Shown piece by piece: positions 20,061-32,878 of a stretch of 64,000 nucleotides of DNA. The stretch's first letter is position 1. Each line of letters opens with the position of its first letter. Under the pieces are notes generated by a model. It was not told where the DNA came from. It made no database searches and was given only the letters and a program-made list of their open reading frames with translations. The translations under genes were made by a program, and so were the position numbers. Source of the stretch: Bdellovibrionales bacterium (GTDB lineage Bacteria; Bdellovibrionota; Bdellovibrionia; Bdellovibrionales; Bdellovibrionaceae). Location: contig JANMPT010000028.1 in assembly GCA_031370005.1 (NCBI GenBank), positions 160,001 through 224,000 on the forward strand, in the 5' to 3' direction.

Positions 20061-20070
20061 ATCACACCTC

Positions 20071-20439
20071 TCAGAGTACTTCTGGAGCTAAAGAAACAAT
20101 TTTCACGAATTGTTTCGCTCTTAGCTCTCTTGCTACTGGGCCAAATATACGAGTTCCGATAGGCTCTTTTGACGCATTGATGAGAACAGCTGAGTTATCA
20201 TCAAAACGAATGTATGAGCCATCTGGGCGTCGCAACTTATGGATAGTTCTTACAACAACTGCCTTAGCCACATCGCCTTTTTTTACTTTTGTATTTGGAA
20301 GCGCCTCTTTAATAGAAACAACAATAATGTCTCCAATTGAAGCCACTCTTCTTTTAGAGCCGCCAAGTACTTTGATGCAAAATACTTCTTTTGCACCAGA
20401 GTTGTCAGCCACATTGAGCCTTGTTTGCATTTGAATCAT
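20071..20439 (-). CDS. rplN: 50S ribosomal protein uL14
   Basis: [20 protein letters not shown]. Confidence 0.98.
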   Translation of the reverse strand: MIQMQTRLNVADNSGAKEVFCIKVLGGSKRRVASIGDIIVVSIKEALPNTKVKKGDVAKAVVVRTIHKLRRPDGSYIRFDDNSAVLINASKEPIGTRIFGPVARELRAKQFVKIVSLAPEVL

Positions 20440-20717
20440 AAAACACCCTGGCCTTTTACGGCCTCAACAACTTCACTTAGCGCCCAACGTTTAGTTTTGC
20501 TCAAAGGACGAGTCTCATAAATCTTTACAACATCGCCAATTTTTGCCGTATTTTTTTCATCATGAGCTTTAAACACAGAAGTTTTTTTCACAAACTTGCC
20601 ATATTTTTTATGCTTCACCATACGAAAGATCAAAACTGAAATGGTCTTATCCATCTTGTTACTGATCACTTCACCGATAACTTCGTTTCTACGTCCTCTA
20701 GAATTTGTTTCCATCAT
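20436..20717 (-). CDS. rpsQ: 30S ribosomal protein uS17
   Basis: [22 protein letters not shown] 20717 or 20714. Confidence 0.96.
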   Translation of the reverse strand: MMETNSRGRRNEVIGEVISNKMDKTISVLIFRMVKHKKYGKFVKKTSVFKAHDEKNTAKIGDVVKIYETRPLSKTKRWALSEVVEAVKGQGVL

Positions 20718-20726
20718 ATTCCCCAA

Positions 20727-20918
20727 TTACCTAGCTACTTTTTTAACAATAGCCGTATTAATTTTAGCAATATCACGGCGAAGGTTTCTAATTTCAATTG
20801 GACTTGAAAGCTGCCCAATTGTATTTTTAATACGGGCCTGAAAGAGTTCTTCACTCAAGCCCGCTCTTTTCTTTTTAAGTTCAACAACAGATAAATCTTT
20901 AATTTCGGTAAATTTCAT
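20727..20918 (-). CDS. rpmC: 50S ribosomal protein uL29
   Basis: [26 protein letters not shown]; start moved to ATG 20918. Confidence 0.95.
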   Translation of the reverse strand: MKFTEIKDLSVVELKKKRAGLSEELFQARIKNTIGQLSSPIEIRNLRRDIAKINTAIVKKVAR

Positions 20919-20922
20919 ACAT

Positions 20923-21330
20923 CTACTCCCGAGCCAAAAATCTGGTTTTAAATGGAAGCTTATGTGATGCACGCTCAAAGGCTTCTTTAGCCTGCTCGCG
21001 AGTAACACCATTCATTTCAAAAAGAACTTTTCCTGGAAGAATTCGTGCCACCCAGAATTCAGGATTACCCTTGCCGCTACCCATGCGAGTTTCAGCAGCT
21101 TTTTTGGTAACTGGTATATTAGGGAAAACGCGACACCAGATTTTACCGCCACGCTTAACGCTTCTTGAAATTGCAATACGAGCTGCTTCAAGCTGACGCG
21201 CAGTCATACGATGTTCCTCAGTTGCTTGAAGTCCATAGTCTCCAAAATCAAGGTTAGCACCACGAACCGCAAAGCCAGTAGCACGCCCAACAAATTGCTT
21301 ACGCCATTTAACTCTCTTAGGACTTAACAC
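20923..21330 (-). CDS. rplP: 50S ribosomal protein uL16
   Basis: [20 protein letters not shown] start at 21330. Confidence 0.97.
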   Translation of the reverse strand: MLSPKRVKWRKQFVGRATGFAVRGANLDFGDYGLQATEEHRMTARQLEAARIAISRSVKRGGKIWCRVFPNIPVTKKAAETRMGSGKGNPEFWVARILPGKVLFEMNGVTREQAKEAFERASHKLPFKTRFLARE

Positions 21331-21982
21331 GGCCAGCCTCCTCAACTTCACGAGCGCTCAAAATATCGCCCTTATATATCCATACTTTGAGACCAATAAT
21401 ACCGTATGTAGTCAAGGCCTCAGCCGTACCGTAATCAATATCCGCTCTCAAAGTATGCAAGGGTACGCTCTTCTCGTTGTACCACTCAGAACGAGCAATT
21501 TCAGCACCATCAAGACGGCCAGATACACGTACTTTAATACCTCTAACCCCGCCTTTGATTGCCGCAGCGATAGCTTTTTTCAAAGCTCTTCTCCAAGAAA
21601 TACGCTTCTCAAGCTGAAGCGCAATACTTTCTGCAACCAATTGCGCATCAAGATCAGGCTTACGAACTTCTTGAATGCTCAAAAATACTTCATTTGGAGT
21701 CAATTTTTGAACATCTGCCTTAAGAGCATCAATTCCAGTACCTTTTTTACCAATAACAACGCCAGGACGAGCCGTAGAGATAATGATTTTAATTTTTTTA
21801 GCCGCCCGCTCCATTTCAATTTTAGCAACTCCGGCATGCTTCAATTTAGCCTTCAAATATTTTCTAAGGCGAATGTCTTCATGAAGATTCTCATAATATT
21901 GTTGGCCTTTAGCATACCAACGAGAGTCCCAAGTTCTGATAACACCGATTCTAAGTCCAATTGGATTAACCTTTTGTCCCAC
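21317..21982 (-). CDS. rpsC: 30S ribosomal protein uS3
   Basis: [32 protein letters not shown]. Confidence 0.98.
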   Translation of the reverse strand: MGQKVNPIGLRIGVIRTWDSRWYAKGQQYYENLHEDIRLRKYLKAKLKHAGVAKIEMERAAKKIKIIISTARPGVVIGKKGTGIDALKADVQKLTPNEVFLSIQEVRKPDLDAQLVAESIALQLEKRISWRRALKKAIAAAIKGGVRGIKVRVSGRLDGAEIARSEWYNEKSVPLHTLRADIDYGTAEALTTYGIIGLKVWIYKGDILSAREVEEAGRVKS

Positions 21983-21984
21983 GA

Positions 21985-22317
21985 CTATTTCTCCTCGAGA
22001 ACTACGTTAATGTGGCTAGTCTTCTTACGAATACCGAAAGCACGACCTTGAGCGCGAGGACGAAATCTTTTTAAAACTGGTCCCTGATCAACCCAAATAG
22101 ATTTTATATATAGGTTATCAATGTCCATAACTTTTTTGTACTCAGCATTAGCTACAGCAGATTCAATCAACTTCTTAATCACGGATGCAGATTTTTTGTT
22201 CAGGAAAGTAAGAGTCTTCACAGCCTCATTCACACCCTTCCCACGAACAACATCAGCAACCAGTCTTGCCTTTTGTGCGCCTACTCTTGCATAATTTAGA
22301 CTCGCTTTAACTTCCAT
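21985..22317 (-). CDS. rplV: 50S ribosomal protein uL22
   Basis: [22 protein letters not shown]. Confidence 0.98.
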   Translation of the reverse strand: MEVKASLNYARVGAQKARLVADVVRGKGVNEAVKTLTFLNKKSASVIKKLIESAVANAEYKKVMDIDNLYIKSIWVDQGPVLKRFRPRAQGRAFGIRKKTSHINVVLEEK

Positions 22318-22325
22318 AAATTCCT

Positions 22326-22622
22326 CTATTTCTTTGCCGCAGGCGCTGCTGAAGGAGCAGCTTTTTTCTCTGCGTGGCCATGAAAGGTTCTAGATGGCGC
22401 AAACTCACCATACTTGTGACCAATCATGTTCTCTGTCACGTACACAGGAACAAATTTCCTTCCATTGTGAACCGCAAATGTCAGTCCCAAAGCTTCAGGA
22501 AGAACCGTAGAGCGGCGTGACCAAGTCTTAATAACCTTTTTATCGTTTTTCTGGATCGCGTTGTCGATCTTCTTTAATAAAGAATCGTCAATGAACGGCC
22601 CTTTTTTTGTCGAACGTGCCAC
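22326..22622 (-). CDS. rpsS: 30S ribosomal protein uS19
   Basis: [21 protein letters not shown]. Confidence 0.98.
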   Translation of the reverse strand: MARSTKKGPFIDDSLLKKIDNAIQKNDKKVIKTWSRRSTVLPEALGLTFAVHNGRKFVPVYVTENMIGHKYGEFAPSRTFHGHAEKKAAPSAAPAAKK

Positions 22623-22631
22623 TTTTTACCC

Positions 22632-23450
22632 CTACTTGCGTCTCTTAACAATTGAAGAGTCAGTACGTTTATTATGTCTAGTCTTATATCCCTTACAAGG
22701 TTGGCCCCACGGAGTTACTGGATGATGACCTTTACCCACGCCTTCACCACCACCAAGCGGGTGATCAACTGGATTCATTGCCATACCCCTAACGCCAGGA
22801 CGAATACCTCTCCAACGAGAGCGACCAGCCTTACCTAAAGAAATATTTTCATTATCAGTGTTACCAACCTGACCAACTGAGGCGCGACAAACTGTTAATA
22901 CCTGCTTCAATTCACCAGATGGCAAACGAACTTGGCAGTACTTCTCGCCTTTGCCGGCCAAAGTAGCACCCGCTCCCGCTCCACGACCAACTTGGCCGCC
23001 TTTACCGGGGCGTAGCTCAATATTGTGAATAGTTGTTCCAACTGGAATCGCACCAAGAGACAAAGAATTTCCTGGTTTGATATCCGCCTTGTCGCTAGAC
23101 AAAACTGCATCTCCAACATTCAGACCAACAGGAGCTAAGATATAAGCCTTAGCGCCATCGGCATATGAAATCAAAGCTATCCGGCAAGTCCTGTTTGGAT
23201 CATACTCAATAGCTACTACTTTCGCTGGTACTTCCAGTTTTTCGCGTTTAAAATCAATCAAACGATATTTTCTCTTATGGCCGCCGCCAATATGTCTCAT
23301 GGTAATTTGTCCATGATTGTTACGCGCGGCTTTTTTATTCAGAGGTGCTGTGAGTGATTTCTCAGGAGTTTTTTTAGTGATCTCCTTGAAATCAAAACCA
23401 GTCATTCCCCTTCTTCCATCAGAGCGTGGGCTAAATACTTTGATCCCCAT
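22632..23450 (-). CDS. rplB: 50S ribosomal protein uL2
   Basis: [20 protein letters not shown]. Confidence 0.98.
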   Translation of the reverse strand: MGIKVFSPRSDGRRGMTGFDFKEITKKTPEKSLTAPLNKKAARNNHGQITMRHIGGGHKRKYRLIDFKREKLEVPAKVVAIEYDPNRTCRIALISYADGAKAYILAPVGLNVGDAVLSSDKADIKPGNSLSLGAIPVGTTIHNIELRPGKGGQVGRGAGAGATLAGKGEKYCQVRLPSGELKQVLTVCRASVGQVGNTDNENISLGKAGRSRWRGIRPGVRGMAMNPVDHPLGGGEGVGKGHHPVTPWGQPCKGYKTRHNKRTDSSIVKRRK

Positions 23451-23452
23451 CT

Positions 23453-23731
23453 CTATACTCCCTCAAAGAGTGCAATTTTCTCACCAGCAAAAAGCTTCAC
23501 ATAGGCTTTTTTCCAGTAAGGAACCTTAGTTGCACCGAATTTACTATTTTTAGAATGGCCTCTGCAGACACTTGTTCTAACGCTGTCCACTTTAACTTTA
23601 AAGTTCTTTTCAACAGCCGTACGGATTTCGATTTTTGAAGACTTCATATCAACTTCAAAAACATACACACCAGCTGCATTGTGATAAGTGTTTTTCTCAG
23701 TAATGAGAGGGGCTTTAATTATATTTTTCAT
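23453..23731 (-). CDS. rplW: 50S ribosomal protein uL23
   Basis: [17 protein letters not shown] 23731 overlaps rplD stop. Confidence 0.96.
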   Translation of the reverse strand: MKNIIKAPLITEKNTYHNAAGVYVFEVDMKSSKIEIRTAVEKNFKVKVDSVRTSVCRGHSKNSKFGATKVPYWKKAYVKLFAGEKIALFEGV

Positions 23732-24360
23732 CGCGCCTTCTCCAGTGAACATCTGTCGATTATCTTCGCAACAGAATCTTTTGTAATGATCGCCGCATCG
23801 TACTTAAGAAGGTCAAAAACATTCAAACCCTCTACTGGGAAATACTTGAATGTCTCAAGGTTACGACTTGCGCGGCTAAAGTTCTCATCAACGCTTGCGT
23901 CAATAAGCAATGCTTTATTCAATCCGAAGTGTTTCAGTCGTTTTTGAAGTTCGTTGGTTTTACCCTCAGACTTCATGCTATCGACAACAAAAAGCTTTCC
24001 CTCACTATGAAGATGAGAAAGCGCCATGCTGAGGCCCAAACGGCGTACTTTTTTCGGAAGCACATAGGCATAGCTGCGAGGCTGCGGTCCAAACATAGTA
24101 CCACCGCCTGGCATCAAAGGGGATCGATTAGATCCTTGACGGGCGCCCCCAGTCCCTTTTTGCTTAAATGGCTTCTTACCGCCACCACTAACTAGACCCT
24201 TTGTTTTGGTCATATGAGTGCCTTGTCGGCGACTCGCAAGTTGCCACTGAACTACGTTGTGAAGAATATCCTTTTTAACAGGAGCTTCAAAAACATCCGC
24301 AGCCAAGTCAACTTGACCAACTTTTTCTTTTTTCCAATTAAGAACGTTCACGACTGCCAT
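23728..24360 (-). CDS. rplD: 50S ribosomal protein uL4
   Basis: RQGTH, KPFKQKGTGGARQG, FGPQPR. Confidence 0.98.
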   Translation of the reverse strand: MAVVNVLNWKKEKVGQVDLAADVFEAPVKKDILHNVVQWQLASRRQGTHMTKTKGLVSGGGKKPFKQKGTGGARQGSNRSPLMPGGGTMFGPQPRSYAYVLPKKVRRLGLSMALSHLHSEGKLFVVDSMKSEGKTNELQKRLKHFGLNKALLIDASVDENFSRASRNLETFKYFPVEGLNVFDLLKYDAAIITKDSVAKIIDRCSLEKAR

Positions 24361-24361
24361 A

Positions 24362-25051
24362 CTATTCTCTCACTAATTTCACTAAAGTGTTTCTAGCACC
24401 AGGAACCGGTCCTTTAACTAAAACAACGTTTTCCACAGCATTGATTTCAACAATTTCAACATTTCTTACTGTAATTGTTTCAGAGCCCAATTGACCTGGA
24501 AACTTCTTGCCTGGCATCACACGGCCTGGCCAAGTTCTATTACCTGAAGAACCTGGGCGGCGATGAAAATGCGATCCATGCGTAGCTGGTCCGCCAGCAA
24601 AGCCCCATCGCTTCACTGAACCCGCAAAACCTTTACCCTTAGATTTAGAGGTGATTTTTACAAAATCACCCTTTGCAAGACTATCGATAGAAACTTGCGC
24701 ACCAAGCGAGGCCCCTTCTGGAAGATCCAGTCGAAGTTCTTTTATAAATTGAGCACCATTTTCAAATCCAGCTTTCCCCAAGTGACCTTTTTCAGATTTA
24801 TTGGAGTTCTTAGCTTTTTTGGGATGGCACGCCACCTGAATCGCCTTGTAACCATCTTTGTCACTTGTTTTGATTTGAGAAACAATCCAAGGTTCATAAC
24901 GAAGAACTGTCACTGGCACAGCCTCGCCCTGGTCATTAAAAATTGTAGACATACCTTCTTTGAAGGCAAAAATGCCATTGAGCTTTAGTCCTTGCTCAGA
25001 AGAGGTGTTTTTTGTTGGCGCTTCAGCGCCTGTATTTGTAGCTTCGCTCAC
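24362..25051 (-). CDS. rplC: 50S ribosomal protein uL3
   Basis: DGYKAIQ, SKGKGFAG, KGPVPGA. Confidence 0.97.
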   Translation of the reverse strand: MSEATNTGAEAPTKNTSSEQGLKLNGIFAFKEGMSTIFNDQGEAVPVTVLRYEPWIVSQIKTSDKDGYKAIQVACHPKKAKNSNKSEKGHLGKAGFENGAQFIKELRLDLPEGASLGAQVSIDSLAKGDFVKITSKSKGKGFAGSVKRWGFAGGPATHGSHFHRRPGSSGNRTWPGRVMPGKKFPGQLGSETITVRNVEIVEINAVENVVLVKGPVPGARNTLVKLVRE

Positions 25052-25063
25052 GACTTACTCCTA

Positions 25064-25381
25064 TCAGACCGCTGACAGTTTAATTTCAACATCTACGCCA
25101 GCTGAGAGGTCGAGTTTCATGAGCTGATCGACAGTCTGCTGTGTTGGTTCTAAAATATCCAGCATGCGCTTGTGGGTACGCACCTCAAATTGTTCACGTG
25201 ATTTTTTGTCAACGTGAGGTGAGCGCAGGACTGTATAACGATTGATACGGGTTGGCAAGGGGATTGGACCAGCAACTTTAGCACCAGTACGGCGTGCCGT
25301 TTCTACGATTTCTTTCGTAGATTGATCTAAAAGTTTGTGGTCAAAAGCCTTCAACCTAATTCTGATTTTCTGACTTTGCAT
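25064..25381 (-). CDS. rpsJ: 30S ribosomal protein uS10
   Basis: [24 protein letters not shown]. Confidence 0.98.
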   Translation of the reverse strand: MQSQKIRIRLKAFDHKLLDQSTKEIVETARRTGAKVAGPIPLPTRINRYTVLRSPHVDKKSREQFEVRTHKRMLDILEPTQQTVDQLMKLDLSAGVDVEIKLSAV

Positions 25382-25538
25382 AAGACACTCTTCTTTTGTT
25401 AAGGTATCGTAAATACTTGTAAAATCTAATCAAAAACACCGTTGTCCCATCGAAAACCGTCTCTGGATGGACCCTTGCGATCCTGAAATTACCCTAATTC
25501 AGAGAGTTTTTTGTAAACTCAAGTGTTTCAAGTGCGCG

Positions 25539-25568
25539 AGTATGCACCGAGGAGTTGAATAATGTCAA
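25539..25568 (-). promoter_or_regulatory. Putative S10-operon sigma70 promoter
   Basis: TTGACA-N18-CATACT followed by GC-rich discriminator CGCGCAC. Confidence 0.6.
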
Positions 25569-25589
25569 AGGCAAATCGAAAAAAAATAA

Positions 25590-27695
25590 TTATAATCGAC
25601 CTAGTTTTGTTAAAATTTCCGATTTCACTTTTGGAGGCACCACTGCGTACTCCAAAAACTCCATGCTGAAGTTCGCGCGCCCCTGGCTTAAGCTACGGAC
25701 ATCTGTGGCATAACCAAAGAGATTCGCTAATGGCACTTCGGCCAGTATGATCTGACCTCCACCCGGTTTCATATTCATTGAAATAATCTTTCCGCGGCGA
25801 GAGTTTAAATCTCCAACAACATTGCCTATAAATTCATCTGGACCCGTAACCTCTAGCTTAAACATTGGCTCAAGAAGCACAGTTGTCACCTTTTTTACAG
25901 CCTCGCGGAATGCCAAAGAGGCCGCCGCCTTAAAGGCAATCTCATTCGAAGACTCCTGACGAGCCTCCACAGCTAGCAGTGTTCCACGAACACCAATCAT
26001 CGAATAGCCAGCCAAGGGCCCTACTTCAGTAGACTCCCTGAACCCATTCTCCACGGCTTTGAGATATCCTGGCTGAATAAGAGAGGTCTGCATGACCTTT
26101 GTTGCAAACTGAACTCCGTCCGCCAATGCTGCCGGCTCAATCTTCAATTGCACCTTTGCAAAATGCTCCTCACCACCTAGTTGACGTTCGTAAACGTAAT
26201 CGATAGTTACTGAAGATGTAATGGCTTCACGATAAGAAACCTGTGGCTTTCCAACATTTGCCTGAATTTTGTATTCACGCAAAAGGCGGTCTATCAAGAT
26301 CTCAAGATGGAGCTCTCCCATTCCTGAAAGAAGAATTTGCCCTGTCTCTGAATCATTTCTGACCTCACAAGAGGGATCTTCCTTTTCTAGTTTTGACAAG
26401 CCTGACAACATCTTCTCTTGGTCTGCAGAAGATTTGGCCTCAATAGCTACAGAAATCACAGGCTCGGGGAATGTAATTGTTTCAAGTACAACTGGGTGAG
26501 AAGACTCGCAGAGAGTATCGCCCGTTCCTGTATACTTAAGACCAATAACAGCTCCAATATCGCCGGCCTTGAGAGACTGAATTTCTTCACGGGAATTCGC
26601 ATGGAGCTTTACAAGTTTTTGAATGCGTTCTTTTTTCTCCGACCGAGGGTTGAAAAGCTGATCACCAACCTTAACCTCGCCAGAATAAACCCGAATATAG
26701 GTAAGCGTTCCTGCAAATGAATCGTTGGCGATCTTAAATGCAAGAGCTGCAACATTCGCTTCGAAGTCCGTCTTACAAAGGATTTTTTTGTCTGGTTTTT
26801 CGGGATCATGACCTTCCATTGGCGGAACATCTAAAGGGGATGGGAGATAGTCAATTACCCCATCAAGGAGTGGCTGCACTCCTCTGTTTTTAAAGGCAGC
26901 ACCACAGAAGGTCGGGACTGCTTTGAGAGCCAAGGTCCCTTTTCTAAGGGCTGCTTTTAGCTCAGAAACGGTAACGTCTTCCTCGTTTAAATATTTTTCC
27001 AAAAGGGCATCGTCAAATTCGACAATTTTTTCAATAACCTCAAGACGATATTTTTCAACTTCTGTCTTCATCTCTTCAGGCACATCCGTGATTATGAATT
27101 GCTCATCTTTACCACCTGTGTCCCAAATGTAGGCTTTGTTTTCTAAAAGATCTACAACACCTTTAAATGTATCTTCAATGCCCACAGGAACCTGAACAGC
27201 AATAGGATTTCCCCCGAGCTTTTCTTTGATGGAGTTCAAGCTCATTACAAAGTCTGCACCAACTCGATCCATTTTATTTATGAAGCAAATACGAGGAACA
27301 TGATACTTATCAGCCTGTCGCCAGACTGTTTCTGATTGAGGCTCCACCCCATTCACACCATCGAAAACAGTGATCGCTCCATCGAGAACACGAAGTGAAC
27401 GTTCCACTTCAATAGTGAAGTCGACATGGCCTGGGGTGTCGATGATATTAACACGGTAATCTTTCCAAAAGCACATTGTGGCAGCAGAAGTGATTGTAAT
27501 ACCACGCTCTTGCTCCTGGACCATCCAATCCATGGTGGCCGCACCATCGTGGACTTCACCAATTTTATGACTTTTGCCTGTGTAATAAAGAATTCGCTCT
27601 GTGGTGGTCGTTTTCCCGGCATCAATATGAGCCATGATGCCGATATTACGGGTGAACTTTAGATCAGCTACAATTTTGGGATCTTTCGCTGACAT
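25590..27695 (-). CDS. fusA: Elongation factor G (str operon copy, EF-G2-like domain IV)
   Basis: [23 protein letters not shown]; domain IV loops divergent. Confidence 0.93.
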   Translation of the reverse strand: MSAKDPKIVADLKFTRNIGIMAHIDAGKTTTTERILYYTGKSHKIGEVHDGAATMDWMVQEQERGITITSAATMCFWKDYRVNIIDTPGHVDFTIEVERSLRVLDGAITVFDGVNGVEPQSETVWRQADKYHVPRICFINKMDRVGADFVMSLNSIKEKLGGNPIAVQVPVGIEDTFKGVVDLLENKAYIWDTGGKDEQFIITDVPEEMKTEVEKYRLEVIEKIVEFDDALLEKYLNEEDVTVSELKAALRKGTLALKAVPTFCGAAFKNRGVQPLLDGVIDYLPSPLDVPPMEGHDPEKPDKKILCKTDFEANVAALAFKIANDSFAGTLTYIRVYSGEVKVGDQLFNPRSEKKERIQKLVKLHANSREEIQSLKAGDIGAVIGLKYTGTGDTLCESSHPVVLETITFPEPVISVAIEAKSSADQEKMLSGLSKLEKEDPSCEVRNDSETGQILLSGMGELHLEILIDRLLREYKIQANVGKPQVSYREAITSSVTIDYVYERQLGGEEHFAKVQLKIEPAALADGVQFATKVMQTSLIQPGYLKAVENGFRESTEVGPLAGYSMIGVRGTLLAVEARQESSNEIAFKAAASLAFREAVKKVTTVLLEPMFKLEVTGPDEFIGNVVGDLNSRRGKIISMNMKPGGGQIILAEVPLANLFGYATDVRSLSQGRANFSMEFLEYAVVPPKVKSEILTKLGRL

Positions 27696-27704
27696 TAGAA
27701 AGAA

Positions 27705-28178
27705 TTACCAATTGTAGTGAGAGAATGCCTTATTCGCCTCAGCCATTCTATGAACGTCATCTTTCTTTTTAATAGAGTTTCCTCTGTTATTGAAAGCATC
27801 CATCAGTTCAGCAGCAAGACGTTTTGAGAAGTCTTTTTCCCCACGCTCACGTGAGTAAGAGATCAACCACCTCATTGCCAAGGCAAGGCGACGAGAGGGA
27901 CGCACGTCTACGGGAACTTGGTAAGTGGCTCCGCCTACACGACGAGAGCGAACTTCGATAGAAGGTTTTACGTTTTCCAATGCTTTCTTTAAGATAGCAA
28001 TTGGCTCTTCATTAGGTATTTTGCCTTTGAGCTCTTCAAGGGCTCCATAGAAAAGCGCTTGGGCAACACCCTTTTTTCCTTGGATCATCATTTTGTTAAC
28101 GAATTTCGCAACAACAAGATCTTTGAAAACTGGGTCTGGAATAATTTCTCTTTTAAAGGTCTTTTTACGACGTGACAT
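27705..28178 (-). CDS. rpsG: 30S ribosomal protein uS7
   Basis: [22 protein letters not shown]. Confidence 0.98.
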   Translation of the reverse strand: MSRRKKTFKREIIPDPVFKDLVVAKFVNKMMIQGKKGVAQALFYGALEELKGKIPNEEPIAILKKALENVKPSIEVRSRRVGGATYQVPVDVRPSRRLALAMRWLISYSRERGEKDFSKRLAAELMDAFNNRGNSIKKKDDVHRMAEANKAFSHYNW

Positions 28179-28197
28179 TTTTATAACCTCTTAATGA

Positions 28198-28572
28198 CTA
28201 TTTCTTAGGTCGTTTAGCGCCATATTTAGATCGCGAACGAAGACGTCCGTTAACACCCTGAAGGTCCAATACACCGCGAATAATATGATAGCGAACACCA
28301 GGTAAATCTTTTACACGACCACCGCGAATCAAAACTACGCTATGCTCTTGTAAGTTATGACCAATTCCAGGAATGTAAGATGTCACTTCATAACCATTAG
28401 ACAATCTAACACGAGCTACTTTTCTCAAAGCAGAATTCGGCTTCTTTGGAGTCGTCGTATATACGCGGGTACAAACACCACGGCGCTGAGGACATTGAGT
28501 CAGAGCTGGCGACTTCGTTTGGTTCTTTTGAACAATACGCTCACTTTTGATGAGCTGATTAATTGTTGGCAC
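28198..28572 (-). CDS. rpsL: 30S ribosomal protein uS12
   Basis: [24 protein letters not shown]. Confidence 0.99.
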   Translation of the reverse strand: MPTINQLIKSERIVQKNQTKSPALTQCPQRRGVCTRVYTTTPKKPNSALRKVARVRLSNGYEVTSYIPGIGHNLQEHSVVLIRGGRVKDLPGVRYHIIRGVLDLQGVNGRLRSRSKYGAKRPKK

Positions 28573-28614
28573 TTTTTACCCCTTATAACAATTATTCCCA
28601 ATATACGGATCAGG

Positions 28615-28643
28615 AACCTAACCCTCGATCATCAACGGGTCAA
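28615..28643 (-). promoter_or_regulatory. Putative str-operon promoter
   Basis: TTGACC-N17-TAGGTT. Confidence 0.55.
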
Positions 28644-28710
28644 GTCCTAGTTTATAAATTTTGTACTCAAGAAGCCGTTTCCAGCTCCTCCCACTTAAAT
28701 AATTACATGC

Positions 28711-31700
28711 CTAAGGTGCTGCCGTTACTGGTACACCACCTGGTAGAGGGGCAGTGAAAACCACATCGTCATCTTCCTTAACAACAACTTTCCAACGCTT
28801 GTAAGAGGTTAAACCAGTGCCGGCAGGAATTAATCGGCCCATGATAATATTCTCTTTGAGTCCCCTGAGATAATCAGTTCTGGAGTTAATTGCCGCTTCC
28901 GTAAGAACCTTGGTAGTCTCTTGGAAAGATGCCGCAGAAATCCAACTATCTGTGCTGAGAGAAACTTTTGTGATACCAAGGAGCAATGGTGCGTAGGTCG
29001 CAGCTTGGCCGCCTTCACTATTCACACGTTTCATCTCTTGCTCAAAGGCATATTTCTCAACCTGCTCACCAGCTAAGAAACGTGTATCACCCGGATCACG
29101 AACCTCAACTTTGCGAAGCATTTGACGAACAATCACTTCAATATGCTTGTCATTAATACCGACACCCTGAAGTCTGTAAACTTCTTGAATTTCATTCACA
29201 AGATACGCTGACAATGCTTTTTCACCGAGTACAGATAGGATATCATGCGGATTCGTAGGCCCATCCATAAGGGCCTCTCCGGCTCTTACGTACTCGCCCT
29301 CACGAACAGCCACGTGCTTACCTTTAGGGATAAGATATTCTTTTTGCTCACCCACTTCAGGAGTTACGATTACACGCTGTTTACCCTTCACATCTTTACC
29401 AAAAGTCACATAGCCATCGATCTCAGAAATAATTGCAGCTTCTTTTGGTTTACGAGCCTCAAAAAGCTCAGCAACCCGCGGAAGACCACCCGTGATATCC
29501 TTCGTTTTAGAAGCCTCACGATGCATTTTTGCAACTACATCACCAGCATGAACCTCTTGTCCATCAGCAACAAGTAGCTGAGCCCCAACAGGAATCAAAT
29601 ATCGCGCAGGTATATCACGCCCTGGCAATATTAATGGTTTAGTGTTTGCATCAGTCAGGAACACTGTCGGCTTAACATCTGAAGATTTACTTTCAATAAT
29701 AACTTTTGTCGCAAAACCGGTTACAGCATCAACCTGCTCGGTCATGGTCGCGCCCTCTTCGATATCTTGATATGCAATCTTACCAGTCAACTCGGCAATG
29801 ATTGGATTTGAATAAGGATCCCATTCTGCAACAGTACTTCCTTTTACAATCTTTTCGCCTTCCTTGAAGCTAAGAACAGCACCATATACAAGCTTAAATC
29901 TTTCTCTTTCACGACCAGATTCATCGATAACAAGCGCCTCGCCATTACGATTCATAACAGTTAGCTTGCCCTGACGATTTGAAACCGCGTGTACATTTGT
30001 TAATTTAACTGTTCCATCATAACGAGTCGTATGAACGGATTGCTCAACCGAACGAGAGGCTGCACCACCTAAGTGAAAGGTTCTCATCGTCAACTGCGTA
30101 CCAGGCTCACCAATTGATTGAGCGGCAATGATACCGACAGTCTCGCCCATATTGACTGTGGCTCCACGAGCCAAGTCGCGACCATAACATCGGATACAAA
30201 CTCCACGAAGAGATTGGCAGGTCAATGCCGAACGAATAACCACTTTATCAATGCCTAGCCCCTCAACCTTCTTCACGTCGTTCTCAGTGAACTCATGATT
30301 GGCAGGAATCACTACGCTATTATTATATGGATCTAAAATATCTTTCAATGCAGTTCGACCAAGAAGCCGTTCGCCGATTGGCTGAATTATTTCCCCGGCC
30401 TCATAGAGTGGAGTCACTTCCAAACCATCCGTTGTGCCACAATCAGTTTCGCTAACTACTACGTCTTGGGCGACATCCACCAAACGACGTGTCAAGTAGC
30501 CAGAGTTCGCTGTTTTCAGGGCGGTATCGGCTAAGCCTTTACGCGCACCGTGCGTAGAAATGAAGTACTGAAGGACTGTCAATCCTTCACGGAAGTTCGC
30601 CGTGATCGGAGTCTCGATGATCTCACCAGAGGGCTTCGCCATCAAACCCCGCATACCACCCAGCTGTCGAATCTGATTCGCTGATCCACGGGCTCCGGAA
30701 TCAGCCATAATGAATATCGGATTGAAGGAAGGTCCTACGGTCTCTTTGCCATCAATAATAAACTTTTGTTTCTCAATGGCATTCATACCTTCTTTAGCAA
30801 CACGGTCAGCAGTTTGAGCCCAGATATCCACCACTTTATTGTAGCGCTCACCATCGGTAATCAAACCTTCATCGTACTGCTGTTGAATTTCCTGAACATG
30901 CTTCTCAGCTTCGCCAATCAAAGTAGCTTTGGCGACAGGGATAACCATGTCATCAATACAAATAGACATACCTGCGGCAGTTGAGTATTTAAAGCCAAGC
31001 TCCATAATTTTATCAGCTAAAATACAAGTCGCTTTCGCACCGGCAAGACGGAAAGTCTTATCAATCAACGCCGCGATTTGCTTCTTGTTCATCACCAGGT
31101 TCACTTCATTAAAAGGAACTTCGCGAGGGACTGAGTCAGAAAGAATTGCACGTCCAACAGTTGTCTCTTCAAGTTTTCCATTGATACGTACCTTACAAGT
31201 AGATTGAAGGTCTACAAGGCCTGTTTCATAAGCGTATTGCGCCTCTGTAACACCTGAGAAAATCTTACCTGTCCCTTTTGCCCCTGGTCGAGAGCGAGTC
31301 AACCAATACATTCCCAAGATAATATCTTGAGATGGATTGATGATCGGTTTGCCAGACGCGGGTGAAAGAATATTGTTAGTCGACATCATCAAAACGCGGG
31401 CTTCCACCTGAGCTTCTACTGACAGCGGGACGTGAACAGCCATTTGGTCACCATCGAAGTCAGCATTGAATGCCGTACAAACGAGTGGGTGTAATTGAAT
31501 CGCTTTACCCTCATGTAGAACAGGCTCAAAAGCCTGAATTCCAAGTCTGTGAAGCGTTGGTGCGCGATTCAAGAGAACCGGATGCTCCTTAACCACGTCA
31601 GAAAGGATATCCCAAACCTCAACTGCTTGTTGCTCCACAATTTTCTTAGATTGCTTAATTGTAGTCGAAAAACCTTTTTCCTCGAGCTTGTTGTACACAA

Positions 31701-32838
31701 AAGGTTTAAATAACTCTAGAGCCATCGCCTTAGGCAAGCCGCACTGATGAAGCTTCAAGGTAGGACCCACTACGATTACAGAGCGACCCGAGTAATCCAC
31801 ACGTTTTCCGAGAAGATTTTGACGGAAACGCCCCTGCTTACCTTTAAGCATGTCGGAAAGTGAGCGGAGAGGGCGCTTATTTGGACCAGTGAATGTTTTG
31901 CCGCGACGGCCATTGTCCAATAACGCATCCACAGCCTCTTGGAGCATGCGCTTTTCATTACGAATGATAATGTCTGGAGCATTTAGCTCTTGAAGGCGCT
32001 TCAGACGATTGTTGCGATTGATAACGCGACGATAAAGATCATTTAGATCTGAAGTTGCGAAACGACCGCCATCCAACGGAACTAAGGGACGAAGATCAGG
32101 AGGAAGAACCGGCAGCGCCTCCAGCATCATCCATTCAGTTTTATTGATAGAATTTTTGAAAGCTTCTACAACTTTCAAACGTTTAGATAATTTCTTGATC
32201 TGAGCTTCTGACTTAGTCTCTTTAATCTCCATACGAAGTTTACGAGACAAGTATTCAGGATCGATTTTCCTTAAAAGCTCGCGAACGGCCTCGCCACCCA
32301 TGCCCGCTTTGAAAACTGGGCCGAACTCATTGAGTGCGCCTTGATAGGCCTCCTCAGAAAGTACTGCACCCTCCTCAAGGGTAGTTTCCATTGGGTCAAT
32401 AACGACATACGCCTCGCAATAAAGGACCTTTTCTACATCTTTCAAAGAAAGATTGAGTAGGTTACCAATGCGAGAGGGCAGTGAACGTAAAAACCAAATG
32501 TGCGCAACTGGAGTTGCTAGCTCAATATGGCCAAGTCGCTCGCGGCGTACTTTCGTCTGCGTGACTTCAACGCCACACTTCTCGCAAATTACCCCACGGT
32601 ACTTCATTCGCTTGTACTTACCACACAGGCACTCATAATCCTTAATAGGACCAAAGATTTTTGCGCAGAACAAACCATCACGTTCCGGTTTGAAAGTACG
32701 ATAGTTAATTGTCTCAGGTTTTTTTACTTCACCAAATGACCAATCACGAATCATTTCAGGCGACGCCAGAGAAACTCTGACGGCGTCAAAACTAAGTGGA
32801 TCTTTTGGTTTGTCAAAAAAGTTCAACAAGTCTCTCAA
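28711..32838 (-). CDS. rpoC: RNA polymerase beta' subunit
   Basis: NADFDGD, Zn-finger [16 protein letters not shown]. Confidence 0.99.
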   Translation of the reverse strand: MRDLLNFFDKPKDPLSFDAVRVSLASPEMIRDWSFGEVKKPETINYRTFKPERDGLFCAKIFGPIKDYECLCGKYKRMKYRGVICEKCGVEVTQTKVRRERLGHIELATPVAHIWFLRSLPSRIGNLLNLSLKDVEKVLYCEAYVVIDPMETTLEEGAVLSEEAYQGALNEFGPVFKAGMGGEAVRELLRKIDPEYLSRKLRMEIKETKSEAQIKKLSKRLKVVEAFKNSINKTEWMMLEALPVLPPDLRPLVPLDGGRFATSDLNDLYRRVINRNNRLKRLQELNAPDIIIRNEKRMLQEAVDALLDNGRRGKTFTGPNKRPLRSLSDMLKGKQGRFRQNLLGKRVDYSGRSVIVVGPTLKLHQCGLPKAMALELFKPFVYNKLEEKGFSTTIKQSKKIVEQQAVEVWDILSDVVKEHPVLLNRAPTLHRLGIQAFEPVLHEGKAIQLHPLVCTAFNADFDGDQMAVHVPLSVEAQVEARVLMMSTNNILSPASGKPIINPSQDIILGMYWLTRSRPGAKGTGKIFSGVTEAQYAYETGLVDLQSTCKVRINGKLEETTVGRAILSDSVPREVPFNEVNLVMNKKQIAALIDKTFRLAGAKATCILADKIMELGFKYSTAAGMSICIDDMVIPVAKATLIGEAEKHVQEIQQQYDEGLITDGERYNKVVDIWAQTADRVAKEGMNAIEKQKFIIDGKETVGPSFNPIFIMADSGARGSANQIRQLGGMRGLMAKPSGEIIETPITANFREGLTVLQYFISTHGARKGLADTALKTANSGYLTRRLVDVAQDVVVSETDCGTTDGLEVTPLYEAGEIIQPIGERLLGRTALKDILDPYNNSVVIPANHEFTENDVKKVEGLGIDKVVIRSALTCQSLRGVCIRCYGRDLARGATVNMGETVGIIAAQSIGEPGTQLTMRTFHLGGAASRSVEQSVHTTRYDGTVKLTNVHAVSNRQGKLTVMNRNGEALVIDESGRERERFKLVYGAVLSFKEGEKIVKGSTVAEWDPYSNPIIAELTGKIAYQDIEEGATMTEQVDAVTGFATKVIIESKSSDVKPTVFLTDANTKPLILPGRDIPARYLIPVGAQLLVADGQEVHAGDVVAKMHREASKTKDITGGLPRVAELFEARKPKEAAIISEIDGYVTFGKDVKGKQRVIVTPEVGEQKEYLIPKGKHVAVREGEYVRAGEALMDGPTNPHDILSVLGEKALSAYLVNEIQEVYRLQGVGINDKHIEVIVRQMLRKVEVRDPGDTRFLAGEQVEKYAFEQEMKRVNSEGGQAATYAPLLLGITKVSLSTDSWISAASFQETTKVLTEAAINSRTDYLRGLKENIIMGRLIPAGTGLTSYKRWKVVVKEDDDVVFTAPLPGGVPVTAAP

Positions 32839-32878
32839 GGTTCACCCCTACTTATTCTTGTTGTTAATTAAATTAATC

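Noticed and set aside
21455..22051. 198-aa plus-strand ORF, and similar ORFs such as 36479-37063 and 10195-10686
   Set aside because: Antisense shadows of well-supported genes
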